A stretch of 64,000 nt of DNA, from NCBI GenBank assembly GCA_033551855.1, contig JAWSUI010000012.1:19440-83439 (forward strand). Direction: 5' to 3'. Positions 1-8,954 of this stretch are shown in pieces; the stretch's first letter is position 1, and each line of letters opens with the position of its first letter. Under the pieces are notes generated by a model. The model saw only the letters and a list, made by a program, of their open reading frames with translations, did no database searches and was not told the DNA's origin. The position numbers and the translations under genes are program-made. This DNA comes from Deferrisomatales bacterium (lineage in GTDB: Bacteria; Desulfobacterota; Deferrisomatia; Deferrisomatales; JACRMM01).

Positions 1-2
1 CC

Positions 3-107
3 ATCTGCCGGTGGATCGCGGAGGTCCACGGCGGCCGGATCGAGGTGCAGTCGACCGTGGACGCAGGGAGCTCCTTCACGGTCTACCTGCCCCCGGGGGA
101 GGCGTGA
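3..107 (+). CDS. Sensor histidine kinase, C-terminal end only (partial, HATPase_c)
   Basis: Manual translation ICRWIAEVHGGRIEVQSTVDAGSSFTVYLP* matches the C-terminal HGGxI...GSxF pattern of HATPase_c domains. Confidence 0.8.
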   Translation: MCRWIAEVHGGRIEVQSTVDAGSSFTVYLPPGEA

Positions 108-1158
108 CCCCCGTCCCAGGGTCCCAGCGGTCCAGGATCCCCGTGCCCCCCAGGGCGGCGGACCACATGGAGGGGGGCTCCATGCAGAGGTAGACGGGGA
201 CGCCGGGTCCCCCCTCCCGGCGCAGGGCTTCGACCACGGCCCGGTACACGGCCCGCCGGAGGGGCCAGAAGGTGCGGAGCTTGCCGTCCTCGCCCGGGAG
301 CAGCTCGCCGAAGAACGCCCGGTGACCCCGGAGCTCGGGACCCCAGACCTCGAGAAAGCGGGGGGGGAACCGCAGGGTGCCGAGGCTCACCCAGGCGACG
401 CGGCCGGGGTCCACCGCCTCGAAGAGCCGGCCGGCCAGCTCCCGGTACGCCCCCTCCCACCCCTCTTCCACCAGGATCGGGTCGAAGTGGAAGGCCACCC
501 GGTAGCCGGCCCGGGCCGCCCGGGCGGCGGCACCCAGGCGGGCCGGGAGGCTCGCGGTCCCCTGCTCTTCCCGGGCGATGACCCCCGGCGGGTTCACCGA
601 CCACGCCGCGACGGCGTTGGGCGGGGGGCGCACCGCCAGGAGCCCCTCCACCCGGTCGCTCTTCGTCTTGAGCTCGAGCTCCACCCGGGGCAGGCCCCGC
701 ACCACTTCCAGGAGCCAGGGGGCGTGCCCGGTCCAGGGGTCCAGGGCGAGGGAGTCCGCGAACTGCCCGGTCCCGAGCCGCACCGGGCCGGTCCAGGACC
801 GGGCCGCTCGGGCCAGCTCCTCCCGGCCGTCCTCCCGGTTGGCGTAGAGGGTGAGGGGAGCCTCGGGGGCGTACAGGCGCAGGAAGCAGTAGGTGCAGTC
901 GAAGGGGCACTGGAAGGCGGGGGTGAACACCCGGTAGCCGCACCGGACGTTGCCCGGGCTGCAGGGGCAGGGCTTGAGGAAGGCCCCGGCCTCCCGGGTC
1001 ACGTGCACCGTGGCCTTGCCCCGGGGCGGGGGGTCCCCGGGCCGGCGCACCGTCACCGGGACCGACGCGGGAAGCCGGGCAAGGAGCTCGCGGGTGAACG
1101 GGGCCGCGGCGACCTCCGGGTCGATCTCGACCCGACGGAAGGGGGTGTCGGCGGTCAC
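76..1158 (-). CDS. Spore photoproduct lyase (SplB)-like radical SAM protein
   Basis: CPFDCTYC radical SAM motif; GQFADSLALD, ELKTKS, WSVNP and FHFDP segments typical of the SPL family. Confidence 0.8.
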   Translation of the reverse strand: MTADTPFRRVEIDPEVAAAPFTRELLARLPASVPVTVRRPGDPPPRGKATVHVTREAGAFLKPCPCSPGNVRCGYRVFTPAFQCPFDCTYCFLRLYAPEAPLTLYANREDGREELARAARSWTGPVRLGTGQFADSLALDPWTGHAPWLLEVVRGLPRVELELKTKSDRVEGLLAVRPPPNAVAAWSVNPPGVIAREEQGTASLPARLGAAARAARAGYRVAFHFDPILVEEGWEGAYRELAGRLFEAVDPGRVAWVSLGTLRFPPRFLEVWGPELRGHRAFFGELLPGEDGKLRTFWPLRRAVYRAVVEALRREGGPGVPVYLCMEPPSMWSAALGGTGILDRWDPGTGVTPPPGAGRP

Positions 1159-2108
1159 CCCAGGTACCGCCCCAGGGGGTCCAGCCGCCCCTGCCGGAGG
1201 AGCCCCAGGAGGGTCTCCAGGGCCTCCTCGAGCTCCCCCAGGGCCGCGAAGGACAGGGTGCAGCTCAGCCTGCCCCCCTCGAAGGAAGGGGCGTGGGAGA
1301 GGCGGGCCCCGGAGGGGAGGCCGAGGGCCCGCGCGTCCTCACGGAAGCTCTCCTCCCACGCGCTGAGCTCGGGGTAGCGGCGGCGCCGGACCTCGAGGCG
1401 CAACCGGTCGGGCCGGCCGGAGAAGGCGGCCAGGTTCTCCTGCGCGAGCCACCGGTCCAAGGGCACGCCGCGCCCCCACGCACACTCCAGGGCCCAGCGG
1501 GCCAGCTCGGAGAGCTTGTTGACCCCGACCGCCGCCCCGGCCAGGAGATCCAGGAGGGCCAGCGCGTCGTCCCGGGGGGCCCGGGACAGCACCCGCACCC
1601 CCTGGAGGGGAAGCCGCCCGGAGGCGAAGGCGTCCCGGTGCCGGGGGGGGAGGTCGGCGATCCAGAGGAAGTCGTCGAGAACCCGGGGGCGCGGGGGAAA
1701 CCCCAGGCGCTCGAAGACCGCCGGGGGGAAATCGTCCGGGCCCTCCCCCGTGTCCGCCGTGCGGCGGCGGGCGTAGAGCCCCACCTCCACGGGGTTGAGG
1801 GGCCGGGCGGCCAGATGGTCCTCCAGGAGGAGGGCCCACAGGTCCCGCCGATCCGCGGGAGGGGCGACCAGCCGGACCCAGGCGGAGCCCTCGCCCAGAC
1901 CCTGGAGGATCGCCGCCCGGCGGTACCCTGCCGCGAGGACCGGACGCGGACCCGCCTCCCACAGGACGAGCAGCGGGCGCAACTGGCCGTGGCGGGCGAG
2001 GCTCTCCCGCAGGCCGGCGTCGTCGCCGGGCCACGAGAAGGGGTAGCGCTCGGGCTCGGGGAGGACCTCCCCCAGGCTCAATCGCCGCCAGGAATCCGCT
2101 GCAGACAC
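1155..2108 (-). CDS. ParB/Srx N-terminal domain-like protein
   Basis: LRESLARHGQLRPLLV...AGYRR ParB-N motif; GTG start after GGAGG; stop overlaps the next start. Confidence 0.65.
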   Translation of the reverse strand: MSAADSWRRLSLGEVLPEPERYPFSWPGDDAGLRESLARHGQLRPLLVLWEAGPRPVLAAGYRRAAILQGLGEGSAWVRLVAPPADRRDLWALLLEDHLAARPLNPVEVGLYARRRTADTGEGPDDFPPAVFERLGFPPRPRVLDDFLWIADLPPRHRDAFASGRLPLQGVRVLSRAPRDDALALLDLLAGAAVGVNKLSELARWALECAWGRGVPLDRWLAQENLAAFSGRPDRLRLEVRRRRYPELSAWEESFREDARALGLPSGARLSHAPSFEGGRLSCTLSFAALGELEEALETLLGLLRQGRLDPLGRYLG

Positions 2109-2944
2109 CGCTGTGCCTCCCGCCCGGAGTGCCGAAAGACCGCGGCCCGGGCCCCTTCTCCCCTCTTTTCCGCCCCCAGCGCCACCACCCCGGCCTTGCG
2201 CACGAGCTCCTCCAGGGCCTGGCGCCGGTACTCGGCCCGGATCCTGGAGTCCAGGGCCACCTTCCAGAGGGCCCGCACCCGGAAGCGGTCCAGGCCCCAG
2301 TGCTCCCGGGAGAGCTGGCCGGGGTGGCCGTTGCGCTTGACCGTGAGCCGCTCGGGGACCAGGAGCACCGGGTGGAAGGCGGTGAGGCGGAGCCAAAGGT
2401 CGTAGTCTTCGCAGGCCGGCAAGGACTCGTCGAAACCCCCGAGGGCCTCGAAGACCCGGCGGCGCAGCAGAATCGAGGACGGGCTGATCACGCACAGGGG
2501 CACGCACGCGGGGAAGACCCATCCCCCGGGCGTGGTGGGCTTGGCGTGGATCTTTCGGGGGTTGGCCCACCGGCCCCTGCGGTACCAGGCCTCCTCCGTG
2601 TGGCAGGCGACCCACCCGGGCGGCTCGGCGGCGGCGGCGAGCTGGCGCTCGAGCTTGCGGGGGAGCCAGAGGTCGTCCGAGTCCAGGAAGGCGACCCACT
2701 CGCCGGAGGTCTCGGCCACCCCACGGTTTCGGGCGGCGCTGACGCCCCGGTGCTCCTGCCGGACCACCCGCAGGCGCGGGTCGGGGTAGAGGGCCCCCAG
2801 GTGCTCGGCGACACCGTCGGTCCCCCCGTCGTCCACCACCAGGAGCTCCAGGTCGTGCCAGGTCTGAGACAGGACGCTCCCGACGGCCTCCGCCGCGAGC
2901 TCGCGGCGGTCGCGGGTCGGGATGATCACCGAGACCCGGGGCAC
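2078..2944 (-). CDS. Glycosyltransferase family 2
   Basis: VSVIIPT, VVDDGGTD, GVSAARNRG, FLDSDD and EDYDLWLR motifs. Confidence 0.9.
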   Translation of the reverse strand: MPRVSVIIPTRDRRELAAEAVGSVLSQTWHDLELLVVDDGGTDGVAEHLGALYPDPRLRVVRQEHRGVSAARNRGVAETSGEWVAFLDSDDLWLPRKLERQLAAAAEPPGWVACHTEEAWYRRGRWANPRKIHAKPTTPGGWVFPACVPLCVISPSSILLRRRVFEALGGFDESLPACEDYDLWLRLTAFHPVLLVPERLTVKRNGHPGQLSREHWGLDRFRVRALWKVALDSRIRAEYRRQALEELVRKAGVVALGAEKRGEGARAAVFRHSGREAQRCLQRIPGGD

Positions 2945-2955
2945 GGGCTGGGCCT

Positions 2956-3966
2956 TCAGCGGCTCCACCGCTCCAGGAGCTTCCCCCCGGTGAGGTCGTC
3001 GAAGAACCCCTCGTCCCCCTCGACGGCCCGGCCGCCCCCGTGGACCAGGTTGTGGCCGGCCACCCTCCCCTGCCGGGCCGCGCTGAGCCAGCCGAAGTTC
3101 ACGCGCTGCCAGTTGCCCTCGCTGTCGAAGACCCGGGCCGCGTCGCCCGCGGCGAAGATCGTGTCGAAGTTGGTGCGCAGCTCCCGGTCCACCACGACCC
3201 CGTGGTCCTGCACGATGCCGCTCCCGTCCAGGTACTCCACCGCGGGCACGAGCTCCCGGGCCTCGCAGACCAGCCCCACGTCGATCGTGCGGCGGCTCGA
3301 GGTGACGACCCGGTACCCCTCGCCGTTGAGGTCCAGGACGTCGAGGACGGCCTCGTCGAAGAGCACCTCCACCTTCTCGGTCAGGAGCCGCTGGACCACG
3401 TCGGCCCGGGCCACCGGGGAGGCCGGGCTCCAGAAACGGGTGTGGGTGGTGAGGTAGACGACCCGGTGCCCGCGCTTGACGAAGGCCCGCACCACTTCGA
3501 GCCCGGTGTGCCCCTCGCCGGAGACCACCACCCAGGCGTCCCGGGCCAGCCCCAGGCGGCTCAGGCGCACCGCGTCGCTGAAGCACGCCAGGGTGTGGAC
3601 CTTGTTCCGGAGCCGCGCGGCGTAGTCGGCGAGCCGCGGGGTCGAGCCGCTGGCGAGGAGCAGTCGGTCGAAGTAGAGGCTGGTGCCGTCGGAGAGGAGG
3701 ACCCGGGACTCGTGGGGGAAGAGCCGGTAGACCCGGCACCCGGCCCGCACGGTCACCCCGGGGTCCCCGGTGAGGTCGGGGTCCGGGACGACCAGCTCGC
3801 GCCGCCCCAGGGTGCCGGCCACGTAGTCGGCCAGGGCGGGCCGGAGGTAGATGGGGGTGAACTCCCGGGAGACGAGGGTGACCTCCCCCTTGGGGTCCTG
3901 GCGGCGCACCTCCACCGCGGCGGCACGGCCGGCCGGACCGCACCCGAGAATCACGTACTGTCGCAT
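2956..3966 (-). CDS. NAD(P)/FAD-dependent pyridine nucleotide-disulfide oxidoreductase family protein
   Basis: ILGCGPAG, LLLASGS and IFAAGD motifs; second Rossmann motif is degenerate (SGEGHTG). Confidence 0.8.
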   Translation of the reverse strand: MRQYVILGCGPAGRAAAVEVRRQDPKGEVTLVSREFTPIYLRPALADYVAGTLGRRELVVPDPDLTGDPGVTVRAGCRVYRLFPHESRVLLSDGTSLYFDRLLLASGSTPRLADYAARLRNKVHTLACFSDAVRLSRLGLARDAWVVVSGEGHTGLEVVRAFVKRGHRVVYLTTHTRFWSPASPVARADVVQRLLTEKVEVLFDEAVLDVLDLNGEGYRVVTSSRRTIDVGLVCEARELVPAVEYLDGSGIVQDHGVVVDRELRTNFDTIFAAGDAARVFDSEGNWQRVNFGWLSAARQGRVAGHNLVHGGGRAVEGDEGFFDDLTGGKLLERWSR

Positions 3967-4016
3967 GGCCCTTCTCCGCGCCTACGGGGGTGGGGGGCTA
4001 CGGGAGCGAGGGGGTC

Positions 4017-4044
4017 AGTGTACGGGCCCGGGGGCCGGTGTCAA
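4017..4044 (-). promoter_or_regulatory. Putative sigma70 promoter of the oxidoreductase-GT2-ParB-SplB operon
   Basis: TTGACA-16 nt-TACACT on the minus strand about 50 nt upstream of ATG 3966. Confidence 0.5.
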
Positions 4045-4053
4045 CTCGGAAGC

Positions 4054-4102
4054 GGAGGACCGAGGACGGAGGACGGAAGACCGAAGACGGAGGGCGGAGG
4101 GC
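4054..4102. repeat. Tandem heptamer repeat (7 x GGAGGAC-like)
   Basis: ggaggac cgaggac ggaggac ggaagac cgaagac ggagggc ggagggc. Confidence 0.85.
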
Positions 4103-4103
4103 C

Positions 4104-4538
4104 CTAGGCGGAAATCAGGCCAAACCCCAGCCCCTCGGCTGCCCTCACCAGGGCGTCGTCGAAACCTGCGAAGCGAAAGTCCACACCGGACCCGAGCCCG
4201 TCCCGCACGGATTCGGCTGCTGCCAAGTGGACGCTGTCGTAGCCCCGAAGGCCGAAACGTTCCGCGAGGTCTGCGGCCCGGCGAATCTGTCCCTCTGTCG
4301 GCAACACCACTCGAAACCGCTCCCATGCCTCATCGAGCTCCCGCTTGTGCAGGATGAGCCCCTCCGGCGTTTCCCGCCGTTGGCGCAGCGCCTTGGCCAG
4401 ACCCGCGCGGACCTCGGCATAGGCGATCAGATGAGTGCAGGAGGCAACTGACTCCCGCAGCGCCTGTCGGACGAGGTCCGCATGCGGCTCTGCGATATAG
4501 AGCTTCACGATGGCCGAGGAGTCGAGATACAGGATCAC
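4104..4538 (-). CDS. vapC: Type II toxin, VapC/PIN family
   Basis: YLDSSAIVKLY...E...LRGYDSVHLAAA...FD PIN acidic residues; directly downstream of an antitoxin. Confidence 0.9.
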   Translation of the reverse strand: MILYLDSSAIVKLYIAEPHADLVRQALRESVASCTHLIAYAEVRAGLAKALRQRRETPEGLILHKRELDEAWERFRVVLPTEGQIRRAADLAERFGLRGYDSVHLAAAESVRDGLGSGVDFRFAGFDDALVRAAEGLGFGLISA

Positions 4539-4831
4539 TCCCGGTCCTCGCAGATCATTTCGGAGATCATCTCGTCACCGGGCTTCCAGGGAATCGGCTG
4601 CTTGGAGCCTCGAGGTTTGCCTCCCTTGCCCGGGCGAATCCAGGGCAAGGCGTCCAGCCGCGCGAGCGCTTCCGCTTCTCCGCCGGCCGGACTCTCGCCG
4701 GAAACCGGGTCCGCGGGGACCAGCCTGGCAATGGGCCTTCCCCCGTCGGTCACCACGATCTCTTCTCCCCCTTGCATTCGGCGGAGATACTCCGTGAAGC
4801 GGCTTTCGATCTCCTGCACGGCCACCCTCAT
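4535..4831 (-). CDS. Type II antitoxin, Phd/YefM family
   Basis: FTEYLRRMQGGEEIVVTDGGRPIARLVP; 4-nt overlap with vapC. Confidence 0.85.
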   Translation of the reverse strand: MRVAVQEIESRFTEYLRRMQGGEEIVVTDGGRPIARLVPADPVSGESPAGGEAEALARLDALPWIRPGKGGKPRGSKQPIPWKPGDEMISEMICEDRE

Positions 4832-4939
4832 GGTCTCGTCCTCCCTGCAACCGAGAAACAGGCACTCAGTATAGCCGTGAGGTCCGTCCCCCGCCACGCC
4901 GGCTGGGTGCCGGCCACGGACGGAGGGCGGCGGGCCGGC

Positions 4940-5110
4940 TCACGCTCCGCAGCGGCCGCAGGCGGAGCAGCCGGGGCAGGAGTCGAGCTCCCGCCGGCAC
5001 CGGGGGCAGACCCTCCAGCCGGGGTCCAGAAGGGGGCAGCCGCAGCCGGGGCACGCCCGGGCGGGGGCCTGGGGCTGCCGGGAGGCGGGGCTCCTGCGGC
5101 GGGCCCTCAC
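4940..5110 (-). CDS. Small Cys-rich zinc-ribbon/FeS-like protein downstream of feoB (56 aa)
   Basis: GTG overlaps the feoB stop (GTGA); CPGCGC...CPRC...CPGCSACGRC. Confidence 0.6.
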   Translation of the reverse strand: MRARRRSPASRQPQAPARACPGCGCPLLDPGWRVCPRCRRELDSCPGCSACGRCGA

Positions 5111-6951
5111 AGCACCACCTGGGCGACCGTGCCCCCCACCGCGAAGGCGAGGGCGCACGCCGTCAGCCAGATGAGCACCGCCTCCCGGACGCCCCGCTCC
5201 TTGAAGAGGATCATCAGGCTCGCGATGCAGGGAACGAAGAGGGTGATGGTGACCAGCGACACCACGGTCTGCCAGGGGCTGAGGGAGAGCTCGGTGAGCC
5301 CGGCGGCCCCGAAGTCCCGCCGGACCATCCCCATGACGAAGGCCGTGGCCGCCTCCCGGGGCAACTTCAACCACCCCTCGGTCAGGGGGGCCAACCCGCG
5401 CTGCCAGGCGGCCAGGCCGCCGCTCACCTGGAGGAGCGAGACGCCCAGGGCCCCCACCACGAACCAGACGTAGGCCTCTCGCATGAAGAAGTAACTGCGC
5501 ACGAAGATCTTGCGCACCACGTTGCCCGGCCGAGGCCAGCGCATGGGGGGCAGGTCGATGAGGAGCGCGGTGCTCTGCCCCGGGATGATCCGGTGCAGGA
5601 GGGTTCCCACCGCCACCAGGCACGCGAAGATGACCAGGGCGTAGGCCGCCGTGTACCCGGCCCCCACCGCCGCGAGCATGCCCACGATCACCCCGAGCTG
5701 GGCGGAGCACGGGATGACGAAGTTCAGGATGGAGGTGGCGATGGTGCGTTCCCGCTGGGAGCCCAGGATGCGGGTGGTGATCGTACCGAGCTGGACGCAC
5801 CCGAACCCCAGTATCACGGGGATGACGGCACGGCCGTTGAGCCCCACGGCGTTCATCAAGCGATCCAGGAGGGCCGCGAGCCGGGGGAGGTAGCCCGAGT
5901 CCTCCAGCAGGGAGAGGGCCGTGTAGAACCCCATCACCAGTGGCAGGAGCAGCCCCAGGAGGTAGGTCACGGTCATGGTCAGGACGCCGAACTCCCCGAC
6001 CAGGATCCGGCCCAGGACCGACGCCCCGGGCACCCACCGGCCCACGAGGCCCCGCATCCAGGGCTCGTAGTAGCCCCGCAGGAGGGTCCCCTCGGTGAGA
6101 TCCACCACCCCCCCGGCCACCCACACGCCGATGAGTTGGTAGCAGCCCCAGAGGACGAGGAACAGGATGGGGAGCCCGGTGAGGGGCTCGAGGCAAAGGC
6201 GCCCCAGACGGTCCCGAAACCGGACGGACCCCTCGGGGCGGCGCACGTGCCGCTCCACCAGCTCGTCGACCCGCCGCCGGCGCAGAAGGTAGACGCCCTC
6301 CCTGCCCTCGAGGGGGGCCACCCCGTGGCGGGCCGCCACCACCGGGTCCCCCTCCAGGAGGAGAAGGGCCTCGGGGCGGGAGGGAACCCGGTCCAGGAGC
6401 CGCACGACCTGCGCCTCCAACTCCGGGTGGGCCTTTCCGGGCACCGCCCGGTCCAGCGCCTGGTACACCTCCTGGAGGCCCCGACCGTGGGCCGCCGCCG
6501 TGGGGATCACCGGCACCCCGAGGGCCTCGGCCAGGCCGGGCACGTCGATCTCGAGGCCTGCCGCCTCCGCCTCGTCGCAGAAGTTCAGGGCGACCAGGGT
6601 GGGCAGCCCCATGTCCAGGAGTTGGAGGGTGAGGAAGAGATCGCGCTCCAGGTGGGTGGCGTCGACGACGTTCACCACCAGGTCGGCCCCCAGGACCACG
6701 TCCCGGGCCACCCGCTCCTCGTCGTTGAAGGACCCGACGCCGTAGACGCCGGGGGTGTCGAAGAGGTCGTCGTCCCCGGCGCGGCCCCGGTGAACCTCCA
6801 CGGTGGTGCCCGGGAAGTTGGACACCTCCACGTACACCCCGCTCCAGGACCCGAAGAAGATGGACTTCCCCACGTTGGGGTTGCCCACCAGGACCACTCT
6901 GCGGCGCCTCGCCTCCCCCTGGGGAAGCGAGGCCGCCGGGGAATGCCTCAA
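5107..6951 (-). CDS. feoB: Ferrous iron transporter FeoB
   Basis: GNPNVGKS, NFPGTT, DTPG, EDSGYLPR, GFGC and IPCSAQ motifs; multiple TM helices. Confidence 0.95.
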   Translation of the reverse strand: MRHSPAASLPQGEARRRRVVLVGNPNVGKSIFFGSWSGVYVEVSNFPGTTVEVHRGRAGDDDLFDTPGVYGVGSFNDEERVARDVVLGADLVVNVVDATHLERDLFLTLQLLDMGLPTLVALNFCDEAEAAGLEIDVPGLAEALGVPVIPTAAAHGRGLQEVYQALDRAVPGKAHPELEAQVVRLLDRVPSRPEALLLLEGDPVVAARHGVAPLEGREGVYLLRRRRVDELVERHVRRPEGSVRFRDRLGRLCLEPLTGLPILFLVLWGCYQLIGVWVAGGVVDLTEGTLLRGYYEPWMRGLVGRWVPGASVLGRILVGEFGVLTMTVTYLLGLLLPLVMGFYTALSLLEDSGYLPRLAALLDRLMNAVGLNGRAVIPVILGFGCVQLGTITTRILGSQRERTIATSILNFVIPCSAQLGVIVGMLAAVGAGYTAAYALVIFACLVAVGTLLHRIIPGQSTALLIDLPPMRWPRPGNVVRKIFVRSYFFMREAYVWFVVGALGVSLLQVSGGLAAWQRGLAPLTEGWLKLPREAATAFVMGMVRRDFGAAGLTELSLSPWQTVVSLVTITLFVPCIASLMILFKERGVREAVLIWLTACALAFAVGGTVAQVVL

Positions 6952-7205
6952 AGGGGTCCCCTACCCCCCCGATGCCGGTGCCCCCCGCCTTCCCCCTCCA
7001 CCTGGATGGTGCGCGCCAACTGGCGGCCCACCGCGATCTCCTGCCCGCCGTACCGGAGGACCACGGGCCCCAGGGGGAGCTTGGCGTGGCAGCGCACCCG
7101 GGACCCGTCGCCGATGCCGAACCGCAGGAGTTGCACCCGGAGATCGTCGTCCGGGATCCGGGTCACCCGTGCCCACTCGCCCCGCCGCATATCGCTCAAA
7201 CACAT
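6948..7205 (-). CDS. feoA: Ferrous iron transport protein FeoA
   Basis: SH3-like QLLRFGI...PLGPVVL...EIAVGRQLARTI; AGGAGG RBS; overlaps the feoB start. Confidence 0.9.
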   Translation of the reverse strand: MCLSDMRRGEWARVTRIPDDDLRVQLLRFGIGDGSRVRCHAKLPLGPVVLRYGGQEIAVGRQLARTIQVEGEGGGHRHRGGRGPL

Positions 7206-7222
7206 CGCCCCTGGCCTCCTAT

Positions 7223-7288
7223 TGATAACGACAGTCATCATAGGGACCCGCGGGCCCCGGGTCAAGGGGAAAGTGAGATTCGTTTTCA
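7223..7288 (-). promoter_or_regulatory. feoAB sigma70 promoter flanked by two Fur-box-like palindromes
   Basis: TTGACC(7265-7260)-17-TATGAT(7242-7237); TGATAACGACAGTCA at 7223-7237 and TGAGATTCGTTTTCA at 7274-7288 resemble 7-1-7 Fur boxes. Confidence 0.65.
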
Positions 7289-7330
7289 GGACGTTCGTGA
7301 CGCGTGCCCGTGGTGTTCCTTCGTGATACC

Positions 7331-7348
7331 CCTTGACCTCGATCAAGG
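7331..7348 (+). promoter_or_regulatory. CRP/FNR-family (HcpR-like) binding site
   Basis: Palindrome CCTTGA-N6-TCAAGG about 65 nt upstream of the FeS protein gene. Confidence 0.6.
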
Positions 7349-7411
7349 CGTGCCCCGGCCGCCCACGCCCATACTGCGACCCACGATCCACCCGAGACCA
7401 AGGAGGACGCC

Positions 7412-8188
7412 ATGAAGCGTCAGATCATCCGTATCGACGAGTCCAAGTGCAACGGCTGCGGCCTGTGCGTGCCCAGCTGTGCGGAGGGCAGCCTCGAGAT
7501 CCGCGACGGCAAGGCCGTGCTGGTCGAGGACGCCCTGTGCGACGGTCTGGGAGCCTGCCTGGGCCACTGCCCGGAAGGGGCGCTCGTGGTCGAGGAGCGG
7601 GAGGCCGACGCCTTCGACGAGAAGCTCGTGGAGCAGCGCCTGACCGAGCTCGGCCGGGAGCCCCTCCACCCCCCGCCCTCGGCGTGCCCCTCGGTCCAGC
7701 CCCTGTCCCCGGGGGGCGGCTGCCCCTCGGCTCGCGTCATGACCCCCGGCGGTCCGCGGCAATCCGATGCGGAGGCCCGGGCCGGCGCCCCAGGGCCTGC
7801 CGCGGTCTCGGAGCTAACCCAGTGGCCGGTCCAGCTCGGGCTCCTTCCCCCGACGGCGCCCTTCTTCCGCGGGGCCGAGCTGCTGTTGACCGCCGACTGC
7901 GTGCCCTTCGCGCTCCCGGACTTTCACCGGCGCCTGCTGCGGGGCAAGGCGGTGGCGGTGGCCTGCCCCAAGCTCGACAACGCCGGGGCCCACTTCCAGA
8001 AGCTCATCCAGGTGTTTCGCGAGGGGGGCCTGAAGGGGGTCACGGTGGTGCGCATGGAGGTTCCGTGCTGCGGCGGCCTGAGCGCCCTGGCCACCCAGGC
8101 GCTCCAAGAAAGCGGCGCCGACCTGCCCTTGAGGGAGATCGTCGTCAGCCGCGACGGCACGGTCCTCGAGGAGAAAGCGGTCGCGTAG
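7412..8188 (+). CDS. 4Fe-4S dicluster iron-sulfur binding protein (FrdX-like)
   Basis: CNGCGLCVPSC, CDGLGACLGHCP, C-terminal QWPVQL, ADC, CPKLD and MEVPCC; AGGAGG RBS. Confidence 0.85.
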   Translation: MKRQIIRIDESKCNGCGLCVPSCAEGSLEIRDGKAVLVEDALCDGLGACLGHCPEGALVVEEREADAFDEKLVEQRLTELGREPLHPPPSACPSVQPLSPGGGCPSARVMTPGGPRQSDAEARAGAPGPAAVSELTQWPVQLGLLPPTAPFFRGAELLLTADCVPFALPDFHRRLLRGKAVAVACPKLDNAGAHFQKLIQVFREGGLKGVTVVRMEVPCCGGLSALATQALQESGADLPLREIVVSRDGTVLEEKAVA

Positions 8189-8198
8189 CAACCGTTCT

Positions 8199-8954
8199 TC
8201 ACCCCCCCCGTCTCCGCTCCCTCGCCTCTTCCGCCTCGCTCCGGCGAAGGTAGACGGGGGCCAGGGCGGCAGGGGGGGAGGCCCGCCCTTCCCGGAAGGC
8301 GCGCTCCCCGAGGAGGGCCACCTGGGCGGGGGAGATGTGCCAGCGGGAGGGGGGAGCGCAGCAGAGCCCCTCCCCCAGGGCTTCCTCGAAGACGGCCCGG
8401 TAGGGCCCCAGGCCGGACCCGAGGGCCAGGAAGGGCCCGCCCAGCTCCCGGGCCCGGTCCGCGAGCTCCCGCGGAAGCCACGCCCCGGGCAGGACCCCGC
8501 AGGCCCCGCTCCGGCCGTGGTAGGCGGCGCCGTACACCTGCCCCTTGCGGGCATCCAGGGCCGGGACCACCCAGCCGGGAAACGGCATCGCCCCGCGGGC
8601 CAGCGCCTCGAGGGTCGAGACCCCCGCGGCGGGAAGCCCCAAGGCGAAGGCCATGCCCTTGGCCGTGGCGAGGCCCACCCGGAGCCCGGTGAAGGACCCC
8701 GGGCCCACCGTCACGGCGACCCCCCCCAGCTCCCCCGGTCCGATCCCGGCCCCGGCCAGGGCCTCGTCCACCAGGGCGAAGAGCCTCTCCGAGTGGCGGT
8801 ACGCCGAGGCCTCCACGAGCTCGGCCACGACGCGGCCCTCCACCAGCAGGGCCACGCCCGCGGTGCCGTCGGCCGTGTCGAGGGCGAGCAGCGGCCGGAA
8901 TCCACCACCACATCTCGGGGCGGAGTCCGGGAGCCCGGGAGTGCAGCCCCGCAC
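8199..8954 (-). CDS. tsaB: tRNA t6A biosynthesis protein TsaB (start uncertain)
   Basis: LLALDT, HSERL, GPGSFTGLRVG, LDARKGQVY and PVYLR motifs; follows rseP. Confidence 0.9.
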   Translation of the reverse strand: MRGCTPGLPDSAPRCGGGFRPLLALDTADGTAGVALLVEGRVVAELVEASAYRHSERLFALVDEALAGAGIGPGELGGVAVTVGPGSFTGLRVGLATAKGMAFALGLPAAGVSTLEALARGAMPFPGWVVPALDARKGQVYGAAYHGRSGACGVLPGAWLPRELADRARELGGPFLALGSGLGPYRAVFEEALGEGLCCAPPSRWHISPAQVALLGERAFREGRASPPAALAPVYLRRSEAEEARERRRGG

